IMG/VR virus record: IMGVR_UViG_3300021964_000039
Coordinates: 16,019-80,018 of that record
Origin: a virus
Reading direction: 5' to 3' (one strand)
DNA: 64,000 nt
Below the pieces are notes generated by a model that was not told where the DNA came from, searched no databases, and was given only the letters and a program-made list of their open reading frames with translations. Positions 9,385-19,765 of this stretch are shown here, one piece after another; the stretch's first letter is position 1, and each line of letters starts with the position of its first letter. The position numbers and the translations under genes were made by a program.

Positions 9385-10436
9385 TGGCAAAACAACAACT
9401 TAATGTAGGAACAGTGGCTAATGACGGTACAGGTGATAATCTCCGTGCAGCAAATATCAAAATTAATGATAACACTAACGAGATATATTCTGCATTAGGA
9501 AATGGATCAAATTTACAAACTTTAGTTAATAATCAGCTAGAATTAGATGTTCCTGTAGATGCAAACAAAGTAAACAAAATTAGTTTTCATGTTGCATCAA
9601 CAGCAGCTTTAAACACAGTAGATGCAAGTGCATATCATGGAGCAATATTGCATAACCATCAAACTGGTACAATTTATGTTGCTCATGCAGGATCATGGAA
9701 TCCGTTGCTTATGGATACTAGTGGAGGACCTGTTACTAACTATACAGATCCACTCAGCACAGTTGCATATTCAGGAAGTTACACTGATTTAACAAACAAG
9801 CCGGCTTTTGCATTAAATGATATAGCAGATGTTGATACTGTTACTAATGCACCTAGTGCTGGAAGTGTACTAAAGTATGACGGTACTAAATGGGCTCCTG
9901 GTGTTGATGTAGCACAAGGTGGACAAGGAACGGATGCTGATACTTTAGATGGACAGGATAGTACATATTATTTAAATTATGCAAACTTAACAAATGTACC
10001 TACTACATATGCTTGGAGCACAATCACATCAACTCCGACTACAACTACAGGATACGGTATTGATAGCCTTTTTGATATAAAGAATGCTAATGAAATAATT
10101 GATATCAAAACAGGAGCATCAGGAACAGTAGTACATGATACAAGCAGTGCAAGTGTATTTTATCATACTTCAGTTGGTAGTAATTTCACTGCAAACTTTA
10201 CAAATTTACAAACAACTAACAATCGGGTCACATCGGTAGTTATTGCAATACAACAAGGTGCAACGGCTTATATTCCAAGTGCAGTCCAAGTAGGAGGCTC
10301 TCCTATTATCATCAAATGGCCTGGGGGATCTGCTCCGACCGGCAATGCAAATAAATTAGATATATTTTCGTTTAACATCTTTAGAACCGGTAATGCTTGG
10401 ACAAATCTAACAGGAATATTATCAACATACGGTTAA
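9384..10436 (+). CDS. Tail fibre/baseplate-associated protein, paralogue B2 with a different C-terminal domain
   Basis: Shares GTVANDGTGD, NYTDPLSTVAYSG and DTLDGQD with 7745..8899. Confidence 0.75.
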   Translation: MAKQQLNVGTVANDGTGDNLRAANIKINDNTNEIYSALGNGSNLQTLVNNQLELDVPVDANKVNKISFHVASTAALNTVDASAYHGAILHNHQTGTIYVAHAGSWNPLLMDTSGGPVTNYTDPLSTVAYSGSYTDLTNKPAFALNDIADVDTVTNAPSAGSVLKYDGTKWAPGVDVAQGGQGTDADTLDGQDSTYYLNYANLTNVPTTYAWSTITSTPTTTTGYGIDSLFDIKNANEIIDIKTGASGTVVHDTSSASVFYHTSVGSNFTANFTNLQTTNNRVTSVVIAIQQGATAYIPSAVQVGGSPIIIKWPGGSAPTGNANKLDIFSFNIFRTGNAWTNLTGILSTYG

Positions 10437-10487
10437 TTCTCAAGTAGATTTATCTAAGCATAAATATACTAAAGTGAGAATGTACTA

Positions 10488-11042
10488 ATGCCAGTTATTA
10501 ATGAACAATTTAAATCTGATTTTGGCTTCGAAAGCAATAACTTTACTGTTGACGAAAACGGCAACATTACTGCTAAGAAAATAGATGTTAAACAATTATT
10601 AATTGACGGTAATCCGTTTGTAGGTTCCGACCCTGATGAGCCTGTTGTTACCCCAGATCCTGACGATAGCACTATAGAATTTCCAACATCATTTGATAAA
10701 TTATTAGTCAAGGGACCTTTTGTAGTACGACTAGGAGATAGTAGTGAAGTATTAACTATTAGGGACGGAGTTGTAGTGTTAGCTAGTGACGATGGTGGCA
10801 CAATAGATAATATTGACATTGGATCTATAACACCAGCAGATGGTACATTTAATAATTTAGTTGTCAATACACAGGCAAATATTGCCAATATCACTGTTAC
10901 AGGCACAGCCGCTGTGACAGGCACAGCACAATTTACAAACAATATTGAAATAAGTGCAGATCCTACTAACCTTAACCATGCAACACGTAAAGACTATGTA
11001 GACACACAGATTTCAGCATTTGCTATAGCATTTGGAGTTTAA
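10488..11042 (+). CDS. Putative virion structural protein
   Basis: G.IDN..IG..TPA.G.F fibre motif, HATRKDYVD, C-terminal AFAIAFG; TAAATA at 10461. Confidence 0.6.
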   Translation: MPVINEQFKSDFGFESNNFTVDENGNITAKKIDVKQLLIDGNPFVGSDPDEPVVTPDPDDSTIEFPTSFDKLLVKGPFVVRLGDSSEVLTIRDGVVVLASDDGGTIDNIDIGSITPADGTFNNLVVNTQANIANITVTGTAAVTGTAQFTNNIEISADPTNLNHATRKDYVDTQISAFAIAFGV

Positions 11043-11047
11043 CTTAA

Positions 11048-14000
11048 ATGGCAAAAAGAAAAATAGAAAATTATATATTTTATCCGGGATTAGGATTAAA
11101 CGATAATCTTTATCCTAACGCATACTGGTTATTAGAAAATAATAAATCTTTCATACAAGAAGAAGTTGTTGCATGGATACAAGCTCAAGTAGATGCTGGA
11201 GTAGTAGGGTTTGTTGGATATACTTATAATACAGAAAAATGTAAGAGAGACACTGGATATGTAATTGATGCTTGGTTAACTGATTTAAGATATGGTGGAA
11301 ATGCTAATATTTCTAAAGTTGTTAGTTACTATTGGGATCAAGATGTAGCACAAGTTGACGGAAGTCGTACTCCAGAAATTGAAGTTTATAAGTTTCTTAA
11401 AGACACATTAATTACAAATCATATTTTAACAAATAACAGCTATAGTGCGTCTAATACAGTACTTCCTCAAGTTATAGATACTAATTACACATCGGAATCT
11501 GGAGCATCTAATAGAATTATTGAATTAGCAAATATAGTTATAAATGTTATTACAACAGGACTAAGTGCGCTACCTAGCACAATATTTACAGGTGTAGGTC
11601 ATATAAAGATGCCTGGAAAATATAGGCTAGAAGATCTTTTAATTATCACAGATGCTACTGCTAACGAAATTATTTACAATTTTGCAGCACCTGGATTAGG
11701 TGGCTCAGTCACATACGAAAAAAAATCAGACGACGATTTCCCTACATTTATTGATACAGCAGATTATGTAACCACACTTAAATTACAAAAAAATACGGCA
11801 TCTTCTAGTGCAGATAATGAAATACAATTATTTTCGGAAGAAAAAGAAATACGTACAAGACCTTTTGATTTTGGCACTGATGCTATTGAACGTATGCGTA
11901 TTGCGCCTCCGCTATCAATGCTTGACGCTGACTTTGAGTACGGCTTACAGCCTACTAAATGGAGTGCTATTGGCATAATGCGCGGGTACCCTAGTGTGTA
12001 CGAAATACCTGGGACAGATTTAGATATAGTCTCAGTTACTACTGATGCTTCAGCAGGAACTGGCGGAGTTGGCCAATCAAAGATTACTGTTACGACAGTG
12101 TCTAAACATAATTATACCAATGAAACAGCAGTGGTAATTAAAGGCCTTGAACCAGGTATAAGTGGTGCTTTACGAGCTGAAGGAAGTTTTGTTCTAACTG
12201 ATGTTATAGATGAATTTACATTTACTTATTTTGCAAAATCGAAAGTGGGATCTGCTCAAGGAGAAGATTTAGGTACTAATTTTACCTTGCTAAGGGAAGC
12301 AGGTTTTTATACAGGATCAGCAATAGGTAGCCCAGATTGGACTATAATTAGCCAAGGTACTAGTGGAAATATAACCCCGCAGTTTGCTTCACCTTTAGGT
12401 AGTACAAGATTAACAATGGTGTCAGGCAGTGATGTCCCTGAATTAGGAGCACCAATATCAAACCCTACGTATTTTCCTACTGGCACACAAGTTACAGGTG
12501 TAACAGGAACAGATGGTATTAACTTTGTAGGGTTACCTGGAGCAGATATTAACGCAGGAGATACAATAGCAACTTTCGGTGACGTATCAGGAATACAAAT
12601 AGGTCATGCTGTTGATAACGGAACTGGAGATGCACTTTTTGTGACTAATGTAGCTGGAAACAGTGTTACATTTGATCAGCAATTTACAGACACATTTACA
12701 GCTGCGTACGGAGAATTTACAGGAGTTTCGGGAACTACAGTAGCAGGTACTGGAGCAGGAGCTCAATTTGATATAAGTAAATCAGGCAATGTATATTCTA
12801 TAGACGGAATAAATGGCGGAGCATCTTATAAGAAAGGTGACGCAATATTATTACCTGGCGATCTGTTAGGAGGTTCTACTCCAACAAATGATGCAACAGT
12901 AGTAGTTACTAGTGTAACAGGAGGATCAATCACAACAGCCGACATAACAGGCACTGCTTTTTCCGGAGATTTAGTATATACAGGAATAACATTAGGATAT
13001 CAAAACGGAAATGGTAATGGTCCTGTAGATTTTGACGTCACTTTAGAAGATAATGTCTATTCTGTTACAGTTTCTTCACCTAACACGAGTACAGGTTTTG
13101 CACAAGGAGATCTTCTTTTTATACAAGGAACTTCGTTCCCTCCAACAGGAAATGCAAGTAATGATTTAACTATTAAAGTTACTAGTGTAGGAGCCAGCGG
13201 AGAAATTTTAAATGTTACAGCAAGTGGTACTGCGCCAGATGTAGAAGTTGACTATGCTAGTGTTTCTTACACAACTACCGGAGCAGGTGTAGGTTTAGAT
13301 ATTGATGTGCAAAAGCAAGGTGTAATATATTCAAACGTATTCTTAAGAAGTGCAGGTAGCGGATTTACTACAAGTGATACTGTAACAATTAGTGGTGTAG
13401 ATCTAGGAGGTATTACACCTGATAATGACATCAAGTTACGAATAGTTGAAGTAGATGGATCGGGTGCAATTATTAGTTTTGATGTAGAAGGTACTGATTT
13501 ATCAAGTGCTGCTGTTGCTGCTAATAGAGACACGGTATTCAAGACAGCACAAATATTGTCTGGAGTAAATGCCGAATTTGAAATAACTAATGACGGAACA
13601 ATTTACACAGTAAGTGACATAACAAACGCAGGAACGGATTACGGCACAGACCAAACATTCCTAATTCCTGGTACTGTACTAGGAGGTGCAACTCCTACAA
13701 ACGACCTAACATTACAAATAACTCAAGTGGACGGAAATGGAGCTATTATTTCAGTGACACCGAGCGGAGTGTCACCGGCAATTCCTTCGTCATTTACCAA
13801 TATTACAGGAGTTAATTTGCCAAATAACGGAGCTGGTGCAACGTTTGACATTGTAAACAGCAACGGAACCTATACTATCACTGTTAATGAAGCGGGTTTA
13901 AACTATCGTGAAGGCAATCAAATTAGCATTGACGGTGCTGATCTAGGAGGTGCCAATCCTGCAAATAACGCAACTGTTACAGTACAAACAACTACTATTA

Positions 14001-16867
14001 CTGACGGTGTCGGAACTGCAACAATCACAGGTTCAGGATTTATAGGCAATACTATAAACTTTATTGGTTCTGTGACTTTGAGTGAACCATCTATACTAGC
14101 AGTACCATCACTAACAAACATTAATTTTGAAGCCTTAGCAACAATACAAGTTACTTGGCCATATGCTCATGGACTTATTCCGGGCAATAGCTTTATTGTT
14201 ACCCAAACTAGTGATGATAACTCAAATAATCACGATTTGGTTGCAGGATCATACCTTGTAACAAGTGTGCCTGCAAGTAATGTTATTACCTATCAAGCAA
14301 GAGCTGAAGGATTTATAGATGATACTGGTATTGATAGTACAGGAACTAGTGCTGGAGTAGGAACAATTGAGGCTACTATATATCCTAGACCTGATAGCTT
14401 TTTTGTACATAGACCATTTGATGGGGGCGTACAATTAGGCACAGGCGGACCGCAACACGGTGCACAGGCAATTCGTCAGAGCAAGAAATATATTCGTTAT
14501 CAGTCAGGTAAAGGTATTATGTACACAACTGGTGCACTATTTGCACCAAGTTATGATTTGTTAAGTGTTACAGCAGATGGTGTAGAAGTAGGGGCAACAA
14601 TAACTTGCGTAACAGACGATACAGATCACGGATTACAAATCGGCGGCATTGTGCGATTAATAGGTATTAATACTCCGGGATATAATAGTGGTGCAGAAAC
14701 TGCTGTACCGCCACAATTTGATTATACTGTTACTAATATTATAGATGAAAGAACATTTACAATTACAGCACAACGTAGACTAGGACACAATATTGCAGAA
14801 CTAGGATTCGGAGCACAAGTTAGTGTTGTAGAATGGCATGGAGCTACAGTACGTTCAGGAATATTTGACGATCAAAACGGTATTTTTTGGGAATATGACG
14901 GAAGAAATTTAAATGTAGTGCAGAGAACCGCTACAAGACAGCTTGCAGGTACTATTTCATGTACATCTGACAGCAATTTAATAATAGGCACTAACACAAG
15001 ATTTAGAGATCAGATCAAAGCAGGAGATAGGATTGTTATCAAGGGTATGACCCATGTAGTCACCAATTGTGTTAATCAAACAAGAATGACTGTAACTCCA
15101 GACTTTAGGGGTGTTAGTAACGTAACAGCCGCAAAGGCAAGTTTGATTGTTGACAAAAAAATTAGACAAGATGAGTGGAACTTGGACAAATTAGATGGCA
15201 ACGGACCTAGCGGTTATGATATGGATCCAGCAAAGATGCAGATGATTGGAATACAATATTCATGGTATGGTGCAGGATTTATTGATTATATGGTCAGAGG
15301 TAGTGATGGTAATTTTGTTTACTGCCACAGAATCAGAAATTCAAACGTAAATACCGAAGCATATATGAGGTCAGGTAACTTACCAGTTCGTTATGAAGTA
15401 ACTAATGAGGGTACACCTGGAAAACTACGGTCTAACATGTCTATATCAGATAATATTATACCACTTGAAGATGCAAGTTTCTTTCCTAATTCAGGCACTG
15501 TTTACATAGATAACGAGATGATGAGATATACAAACAAAGCAGGTAATGATCTAATTGGCGTAACAAGAAGTGCAACATTAACAAACTTTTCCAGTGGAGC
15601 AACTCGTAACTATACAGCAGGACCTGCTGATGCACATGCAGATAATACTGGCGTAGTTCTAATTAGTAATACTATTACTCCTAACATTAGTCACTGGGGT
15701 AGTGCTTTCATTACAGACGGTAATTTTGATGATGACAGAGGATATATTTTCTCATACACAGAATCCGCACTAGAAATTAGTACTACTAGAAGGTCAGCAT
15801 TTCTAATGCGACTTGCACCTAGTGTTAGTAACGCTATTGTAGGAGATCTAGGAGAACGTGACCTACTTAATAGAGCACAGTTATTACTACAAGGTATTGA
15901 GATTACATCAGATGGTTTTGATGGTTCTAATAATCCAATTCAAGGTGGTATTGTTGTTGAAGGCATACTCAATCCAAAAAATTATCCTGTCAATCCTGAC
16001 GACGTTGTGTGGTCAGGACTAAGCACACAGGCCCAAGGTGGTCAGCCTAGCTTTACCCAGATTGCATCTGGAGGCGGTATTAACTGGACAGGTGGAGCAA
16101 CACAAACTACTGCTGCTGTAAACTATCAGGGCGATATGACGGTAACAGGTATTCAAAATAGTTTTGAAGTTGATGCACAAGGCCAAGGTAGAGATGACTA
16201 TGTTTGGGTTTTAGATAGTGTAATCCAGGCACAGGGTTTGCGAGCTGGCATGGTATGTAATACACCGCCATTTAACGGATTGAGGGTAACTGGTATTGGT
16301 AATTTAGATCCTGCCTTCGGAGACAGGCAACTCTTCTTTACCAACGACGCATCTAACACAGGCACAACTTATCCTCCTGGTGCTTTAAGCCTTTCATTTA
16401 CATTTGCTACTGCACAAGGAAAAACTCCTGTAGCATATTTTGAAAAAGCCAGCTGGGATGCTAGTAATGCAGATGCTAACACTGAAGTTGATCCAGCAGA
16501 CACACAGTTTCCTGCAGGTACTACGGTAAACACTATTAGTAATCAAAAATTTGGTTCTACTGAATATGTAGAAGTTACATTTAACAATAGTTCAACTACC
16601 ACTTTACAGGGCGGCAGCACTGTTACATTCCTATTTGGACAACCTGCATACGCACAACCAGGAGAAACTGTATTTTCATTTATTGCACAACCAGGAGAGC
16701 GGGCCGATTTGACGTTAGAGTCTCTTAAGGAATTAACAAACACCACACTAGGTGGTAGAGGTACTTTCCCTAATGGTCCTGACGTACTTGCTATTAATAT
16801 ATATAAAGTTTCAGGATCAGCTACAAATGGTAATCTAATTATACGTTGGGGAGAGGCTCAGGCTTAG
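11048..16867 (+). CDS. Large virion structural / tail fibre protein (1939 aa)
   Basis: G/T/S-rich, KC.RD.GY..D motif, internal beta repeats, structural gene context. Confidence 0.75.
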   Translation: MAKRKIENYIFYPGLGLNDNLYPNAYWLLENNKSFIQEEVVAWIQAQVDAGVVGFVGYTYNTEKCKRDTGYVIDAWLTDLRYGGNANISKVVSYYWDQDVAQVDGSRTPEIEVYKFLKDTLITNHILTNNSYSASNTVLPQVIDTNYTSESGASNRIIELANIVINVITTGLSALPSTIFTGVGHIKMPGKYRLEDLLIITDATANEIIYNFAAPGLGGSVTYEKKSDDDFPTFIDTADYVTTLKLQKNTASSSADNEIQLFSEEKEIRTRPFDFGTDAIERMRIAPPLSMLDADFEYGLQPTKWSAIGIMRGYPSVYEIPGTDLDIVSVTTDASAGTGGVGQSKITVTTVSKHNYTNETAVVIKGLEPGISGALRAEGSFVLTDVIDEFTFTYFAKSKVGSAQGEDLGTNFTLLREAGFYTGSAIGSPDWTIISQGTSGNITPQFASPLGSTRLTMVSGSDVPELGAPISNPTYFPTGTQVTGVTGTDGINFVGLPGADINAGDTIATFGDVSGIQIGHAVDNGTGDALFVTNVAGNSVTFDQQFTDTFTAAYGEFTGVSGTTVAGTGAGAQFDISKSGNVYSIDGINGGASYKKGDAILLPGDLLGGSTPTNDATVVVTSVTGGSITTADITGTAFSGDLVYTGITLGYQNGNGNGPVDFDVTLEDNVYSVTVSSPNTSTGFAQGDLLFIQGTSFPPTGNASNDLTIKVTSVGASGEILNVTASGTAPDVEVDYASVSYTTTGAGVGLDIDVQKQGVIYSNVFLRSAGSGFTTSDTVTISGVDLGGITPDNDIKLRIVEVDGSGAIISFDVEGTDLSSAAVAANRDTVFKTAQILSGVNAEFEITNDGTIYTVSDITNAGTDYGTDQTFLIPGTVLGGATPTNDLTLQITQVDGNGAIISVTPSGVSPAIPSSFTNITGVNLPNNGAGATFDIVNSNGTYTITVNEAGLNYREGNQISIDGADLGGANPANNATVTVQTTTITDGVGTATITGSGFIGNTINFIGSVTLSEPSILAVPSLTNINFEALATIQVTWPYAHGLIPGNSFIVTQTSDDNSNNHDLVAGSYLVTSVPASNVITYQARAEGFIDDTGIDSTGTSAGVGTIEATIYPRPDSFFVHRPFDGGVQLGTGGPQHGAQAIRQSKKYIRYQSGKGIMYTTGALFAPSYDLLSVTADGVEVGATITCVTDDTDHGLQIGGIVRLIGINTPGYNSGAETAVPPQFDYTVTNIIDERTFTITAQRRLGHNIAELGFGAQVSVVEWHGATVRSGIFDDQNGIFWEYDGRNLNVVQRTATRQLAGTISCTSDSNLIIGTNTRFRDQIKAGDRIVIKGMTHVVTNCVNQTRMTVTPDFRGVSNVTAAKASLIVDKKIRQDEWNLDKLDGNGPSGYDMDPAKMQMIGIQYSWYGAGFIDYMVRGSDGNFVYCHRIRNSNVNTEAYMRSGNLPVRYEVTNEGTPGKLRSNMSISDNIIPLEDASFFPNSGTVYIDNEMMRYTNKAGNDLIGVTRSATLTNFSSGATRNYTAGPADAHADNTGVVLISNTITPNISHWGSAFITDGNFDDDRGYIFSYTESALEISTTRRSAFLMRLAPSVSNAIVGDLGERDLLNRAQLLLQGIEITSDGFDGSNNPIQGGIVVEGILNPKNYPVNPDDVVWSGLSTQAQGGQPSFTQIASGGGINWTGGATQTTAAVNYQGDMTVTGIQNSFEVDAQGQGRDDYVWVLDSVIQAQGLRAGMVCNTPPFNGLRVTGIGNLDPAFGDRQLFFTNDASNTGTTYPPGALSLSFTFATAQGKTPVAYFEKASWDASNADANTEVDPADTQFPAGTTVNTISNQKFGSTEYVEVTFNNSSTTTLQGGSTVTFLFGQPAYAQPGETVFSFIAQPGERADLTLESLKELTNTTLGGRGTFPNGPDVLAINIYKVSGSATNGNLIIRWGEAQA
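12745..14035 (+). repeat. Five degenerate ~75-90 aa protein repeats (approximate bounds)
   Basis: Recurring G.GA.FDI...Y.V...G..Y..GD.I.I.G..LGG.TP.ND.TI.VT.V...G.I pattern. Confidence 0.75.
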
Positions 16868-17231
16868 GCTTTTGACTATCTCCAGGACCAATTCTGTAGT
16901 TATCTTCTACACTATCTGCGGTGCTTACTTCTGTAATACTACTGTTAGGCATCATTGCTTCTAATTGATGAGGCATCAATGGAGGATTGTGCCAAGTATC
17001 GCCTTCCTTTAAATGTACCTGCTTTAGTTCTGCTGTTTCGGTGTCAATATACCTTAACAAAAATTGTCCGCTGTTTACAAACCATGTTTCGTCTTTTTCT
17101 TTATGAAAATGCATACTAAATTTATTACCTGGTTTGGTAAACACTAACAGTTTACCGCAATAATTTTCAGTAGAAGCAAAAATTAATTCATATCCCCAAC
17201 CCTTTTCAACCATACCGCTTAGTCTTGTCAT
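16839..17231 (-). CDS. Cupin, sugar-isomerase-like
   Basis: VEKGWGYE, SMHFH..KDETW, PH, EVST. Confidence 0.75.
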   Translation of the reverse strand: MTRLSGMVEKGWGYELIFASTENYCGKLLVFTKPGNKFSMHFHKEKDETWFVNSGQFLLRYIDTETAELKQVHLKEGDTWHNPPLMPHQLEAMMPNSSITEVSTADSVEDNYRIGPGDSQKPKPEPLPNV

Positions 17232-18043
17232 TTTGTGTCCTCTTTTATATAATCTAGCACATTTGTAAATTTGTAATCTATGTGAGACTTTAATTTATCC
17301 AAGTTCGCACATGTATAATATTGATATTGCGATTTTAGTTGCTCAGGCATCGGTATATAATTGATATTACAATTATACTTTTTCTCATATGCTTTTGCTA
17401 TGCTTTCAAAACTGGTAGGTAATCCTGTCCCTAAATTAAATATTCCTGATACATCTTTTGACATAAATTGTTCATGAATGTTGCAGACGTCGCCTACATA
17501 TACAAAATCTCTTTTACATTCACTACTATTTTCAAATAATACAATTTCGCCTTCTTGGGCTTGTTTTTTAAATTTACTAATGGGGCTTGCTTGATCTAAT
17601 TTGTGATCCTCGTGCGGACCATAAACATTAAAGTATCTAAATCCTTGAACTAAGATGTCAAAGTCATTGTGGAGAGTTACAAATCTATCAAACAAATATT
17701 TGCTCCAAGCATAAGGACTTTGAGGCAATAATGGAGCATCTTCTACAAAATGCTTCCATGGTCCATATACACTTGCACTACTAGCATACTGCAAATTAGT
17801 ACCTTGCATATCACAAATTTGTAGTAACCTCATACTAAAGTCCAGATTCTGTTGCATTACAAGCTCAACGTCTGTTTCAGTTGTACTGCTAATCGCACCT
17901 AAATGAACAACCCAATCATAAGCAGAACAGTCAGGAACTGTGTTAGGTACGTAATCCCAAACTTCAACATCATGCGATGCTTGGAGATGTGCAACCATAT
18001 TTTGTCCAATGAAGCCTTGATGTCCTGTAATGAGTATTTTCAT
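17228..18043 (-). CDS. hldD: ADP-L-glycero-D-manno-heptose 6-epimerase
   Basis: TGHQGFIG, HLGAISSTTE, YASSASVYG, YAWSK, RYFNVYGPHEDHK, RDFVYV, YQYYTCA; adjacent to hldE. Confidence 0.85.
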   Translation of the reverse strand: MKILITGHQGFIGQNMVAHLQASHDVEVWDYVPNTVPDCSAYDWVVHLGAISSTTETDVELVMQQNLDFSMRLLQICDMQGTNLQYASSASVYGPWKHFVEDAPLLPQSPYAWSKYLFDRFVTLHNDFDILVQGFRYFNVYGPHEDHKLDQASPISKFKKQAQEGEIVLFENSSECKRDFVYVGDVCNIHEQFMSKDVSGIFNLGTGLPTSFESIAKAYEKKYNCNINYIPMPEQLKSQYQYYTCANLDKLKSHIDYKFTNVLDYIKEDTK

Positions 18044-19287
18044 GCTTGGTACCTTTTAAGAATATTTGTTGTACTATAGTTTTCTCTATGAGGAAATATT
18101 ATAACCTGGGCAATATCGCTGCCAACAACTTCTTCTGAATTATAGTCTCCGCCCTTCACTATAACATCTGGTTCTAATTCCTTAATTAATTTATACGGAG
18201 TGTCTTCATCAAAAATAATAACTTCGTCTGCAATGTTTAAACTTTCAATAAACTCTTTACGTTCTTGTTGATTTAATTTTGGCCTATTAGGACCTTTTAA
18301 CCTACGTATGCTTTCGTCGCTGTTTATACCTACTATAAGGCGGCGTCCTTTACTCTTTGCAAACTTTAGTAATTCAATATGTCCTACGTGTATAATATCA
18401 AAACAACCATTAGTAAATACTATGCCTGTATTAAGATAATCTTTTGTAACAGCAACTACACCTCTTTGTTCTACTGTTCTAGCACTAGCATAGCAAGCCT
18501 TACGACATGCTCCTGGTATATCAATACCTTGTTGATATAGATGTGCTATTACAGCTAGTACTGTATCTCCTGCACCTGTAACATCTGCAACTTCAATTGC
18601 TTCTTCTTTGTAGTGCCAAGTTTCTCCTAGTTTATTAACAACATAAAGACCATCGGAACCTGCTGTAATTACTAACCAACTCCAGTTAAATTCTAATAAT
18701 TTTTGTTTAGCAATTTCAATATTAAACTTTCCGAACCACTGCTCATATTCTTTCATATTAGGTTTAATTAGGAAAACATTTCTATAAATTTCTGGTCCTT
18801 GTTTAGGATCAACAAATACATTTTTTGTAATATTTACAATTTGGGTAATTAAATCATAATCAACAGTGCCTTTATTATAATCACTTATAAGAACGGTATC
18901 TTCTTTAGACAAGCCTCTGATGAGACGTTCACGTATATTACCGTTGTAATGATCTTCTCTATCCCAGCGCATAATATGTTGGCCGTTAGATCCAACTAAT
19001 CTAGTTTTGGTAGTTGTAACCAAAGCATCATGATCTATCTCGGCTTGAAGATTAGTATTTCCAACTAACTCGATTATTTTGTATCCTTCTTTATCGGATG
19101 CAATAGCACCAAATAGAGATACATTATTATCCAATGAAAATAAGTTTACTGCTAAATTTCCTGCACCTCCTAAACTAAATGTTTGAGATTCTTCTAGCAA
19201 AATTGGAACAGGAGCTTCAGGACTTATTCGGGTCGTGGACCCTGTAATCCACCTATCTAACATTAAATCACCGTAAACTTTAAACAT
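18040..19287 (-). CDS. hldE: Bifunctional heptose-7-phosphate kinase / heptose-1-phosphate adenylyltransferase
   Basis: GDLMLD, RISPEAPVP, GGAGN, SDYNKG, DVTGAGDT (PfkB); FTNGCFDIIHVGH, KGGDY, STT (nucleotidyltransferase). Confidence 0.93.
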   Translation of the reverse strand: MFKVYGDLMLDRWITGSTTRISPEAPVPILLEESQTFSLGGAGNLAVNLFSLDNNVSLFGAIASDKEGYKIIELVGNTNLQAEIDHDALVTTTKTRLVGSNGQHIMRWDREDHYNGNIRERLIRGLSKEDTVLISDYNKGTVDYDLITQIVNITKNVFVDPKQGPEIYRNVFLIKPNMKEYEQWFGKFNIEIAKQKLLEFNWSWLVITAGSDGLYVVNKLGETWHYKEEAIEVADVTGAGDTVLAVIAHLYQQGIDIPGACRKACYASARTVEQRGVVAVTKDYLNTGIVFTNGCFDIIHVGHIELLKFAKSKGRRLIVGINSDESIRRLKGPNRPKLNQQERKEFIESLNIADEVIIFDEDTPYKLIKELEPDVIVKGGDYNSEEVVGSDIAQVIIFPHRENYSTTNILKRYQA

Positions 19288-19293
19288 ATTTTA

Positions 19294-19322
19294 ATTATAC
19301 ACTTTTTGTTAACTTTAGTCAA
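19294..19322 (-). promoter_or_regulatory. Sigma70-type promoter for hldE (leaderless)
   Basis: TTGACT-17-TATAAT, then 6 nt, then ATG. Confidence 0.8.
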
Positions 19323-19755
19323 GCATAGATAAGACGTCTATTACAGTTTGTAGCTTTGTTTGATTTGTTTTGTTTTGTAAAGTATTACGCAAACCTTGAT
19401 GTAAAGGTTTTGGCCACGAACCTAAACTTACCCAAGCGTAACCAGTATGTTCGTCATTTAATAAAGGTATAAATTCGTTATCTACTAAACAAAGGTAAGT
19501 ATGAAAAAGGAATTTTTCATCATTAGAAATAAATGTTTCTAGAGGAATAGTTTTGAGTATTTTATGGCTATTGCCTATTTCTTCTATGATTTCTCGTTGT
19601 AACCCCTCCCAAGGTGTTTCGTGGTCTTCTGTTGTACCACCTACTAACCCCCAAAGATTATTTTGTTTGCCTTTTGCTCTATAAAGGAAGAGAAATCTCT
19701 CTGTAGATTTACTGAAAAAAAGTGCACCACTACATACTATCTTACTATCTTGCAT
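19315..19755 (-). CDS. NUDIX hydrolase (ORF extends to 19806; start at 19755 preferred to avoid overlap)
   Basis: Nudix box GGTTEDHETPWEGLQREIIEEIG. Confidence 0.85.
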   Translation of the reverse strand: MQDSKIVCSGALFFSKSTERFLFLYRAKGKQNNLWGLVGGTTEDHETPWEGLQREIIEEIGNSHKILKTIPLETFISNDEKFLFHTYLCLVDNEFIPLLNDEHTGYAWVSLGSWPKPLHQGLRNTLQNKTNQTKLQTVIDVLSMLD

Positions 19756-19765
19756 ATAGTAATTA

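Noticed and set aside
10469-10942. 157-aa antisense ORF, and the many other 60-135 aa ORFs nested in or opposite long genes
   Set aside because: These are shadow ORFs produced by the codon bias of the real gene; they have no RBS, promoter or recognisable motif.
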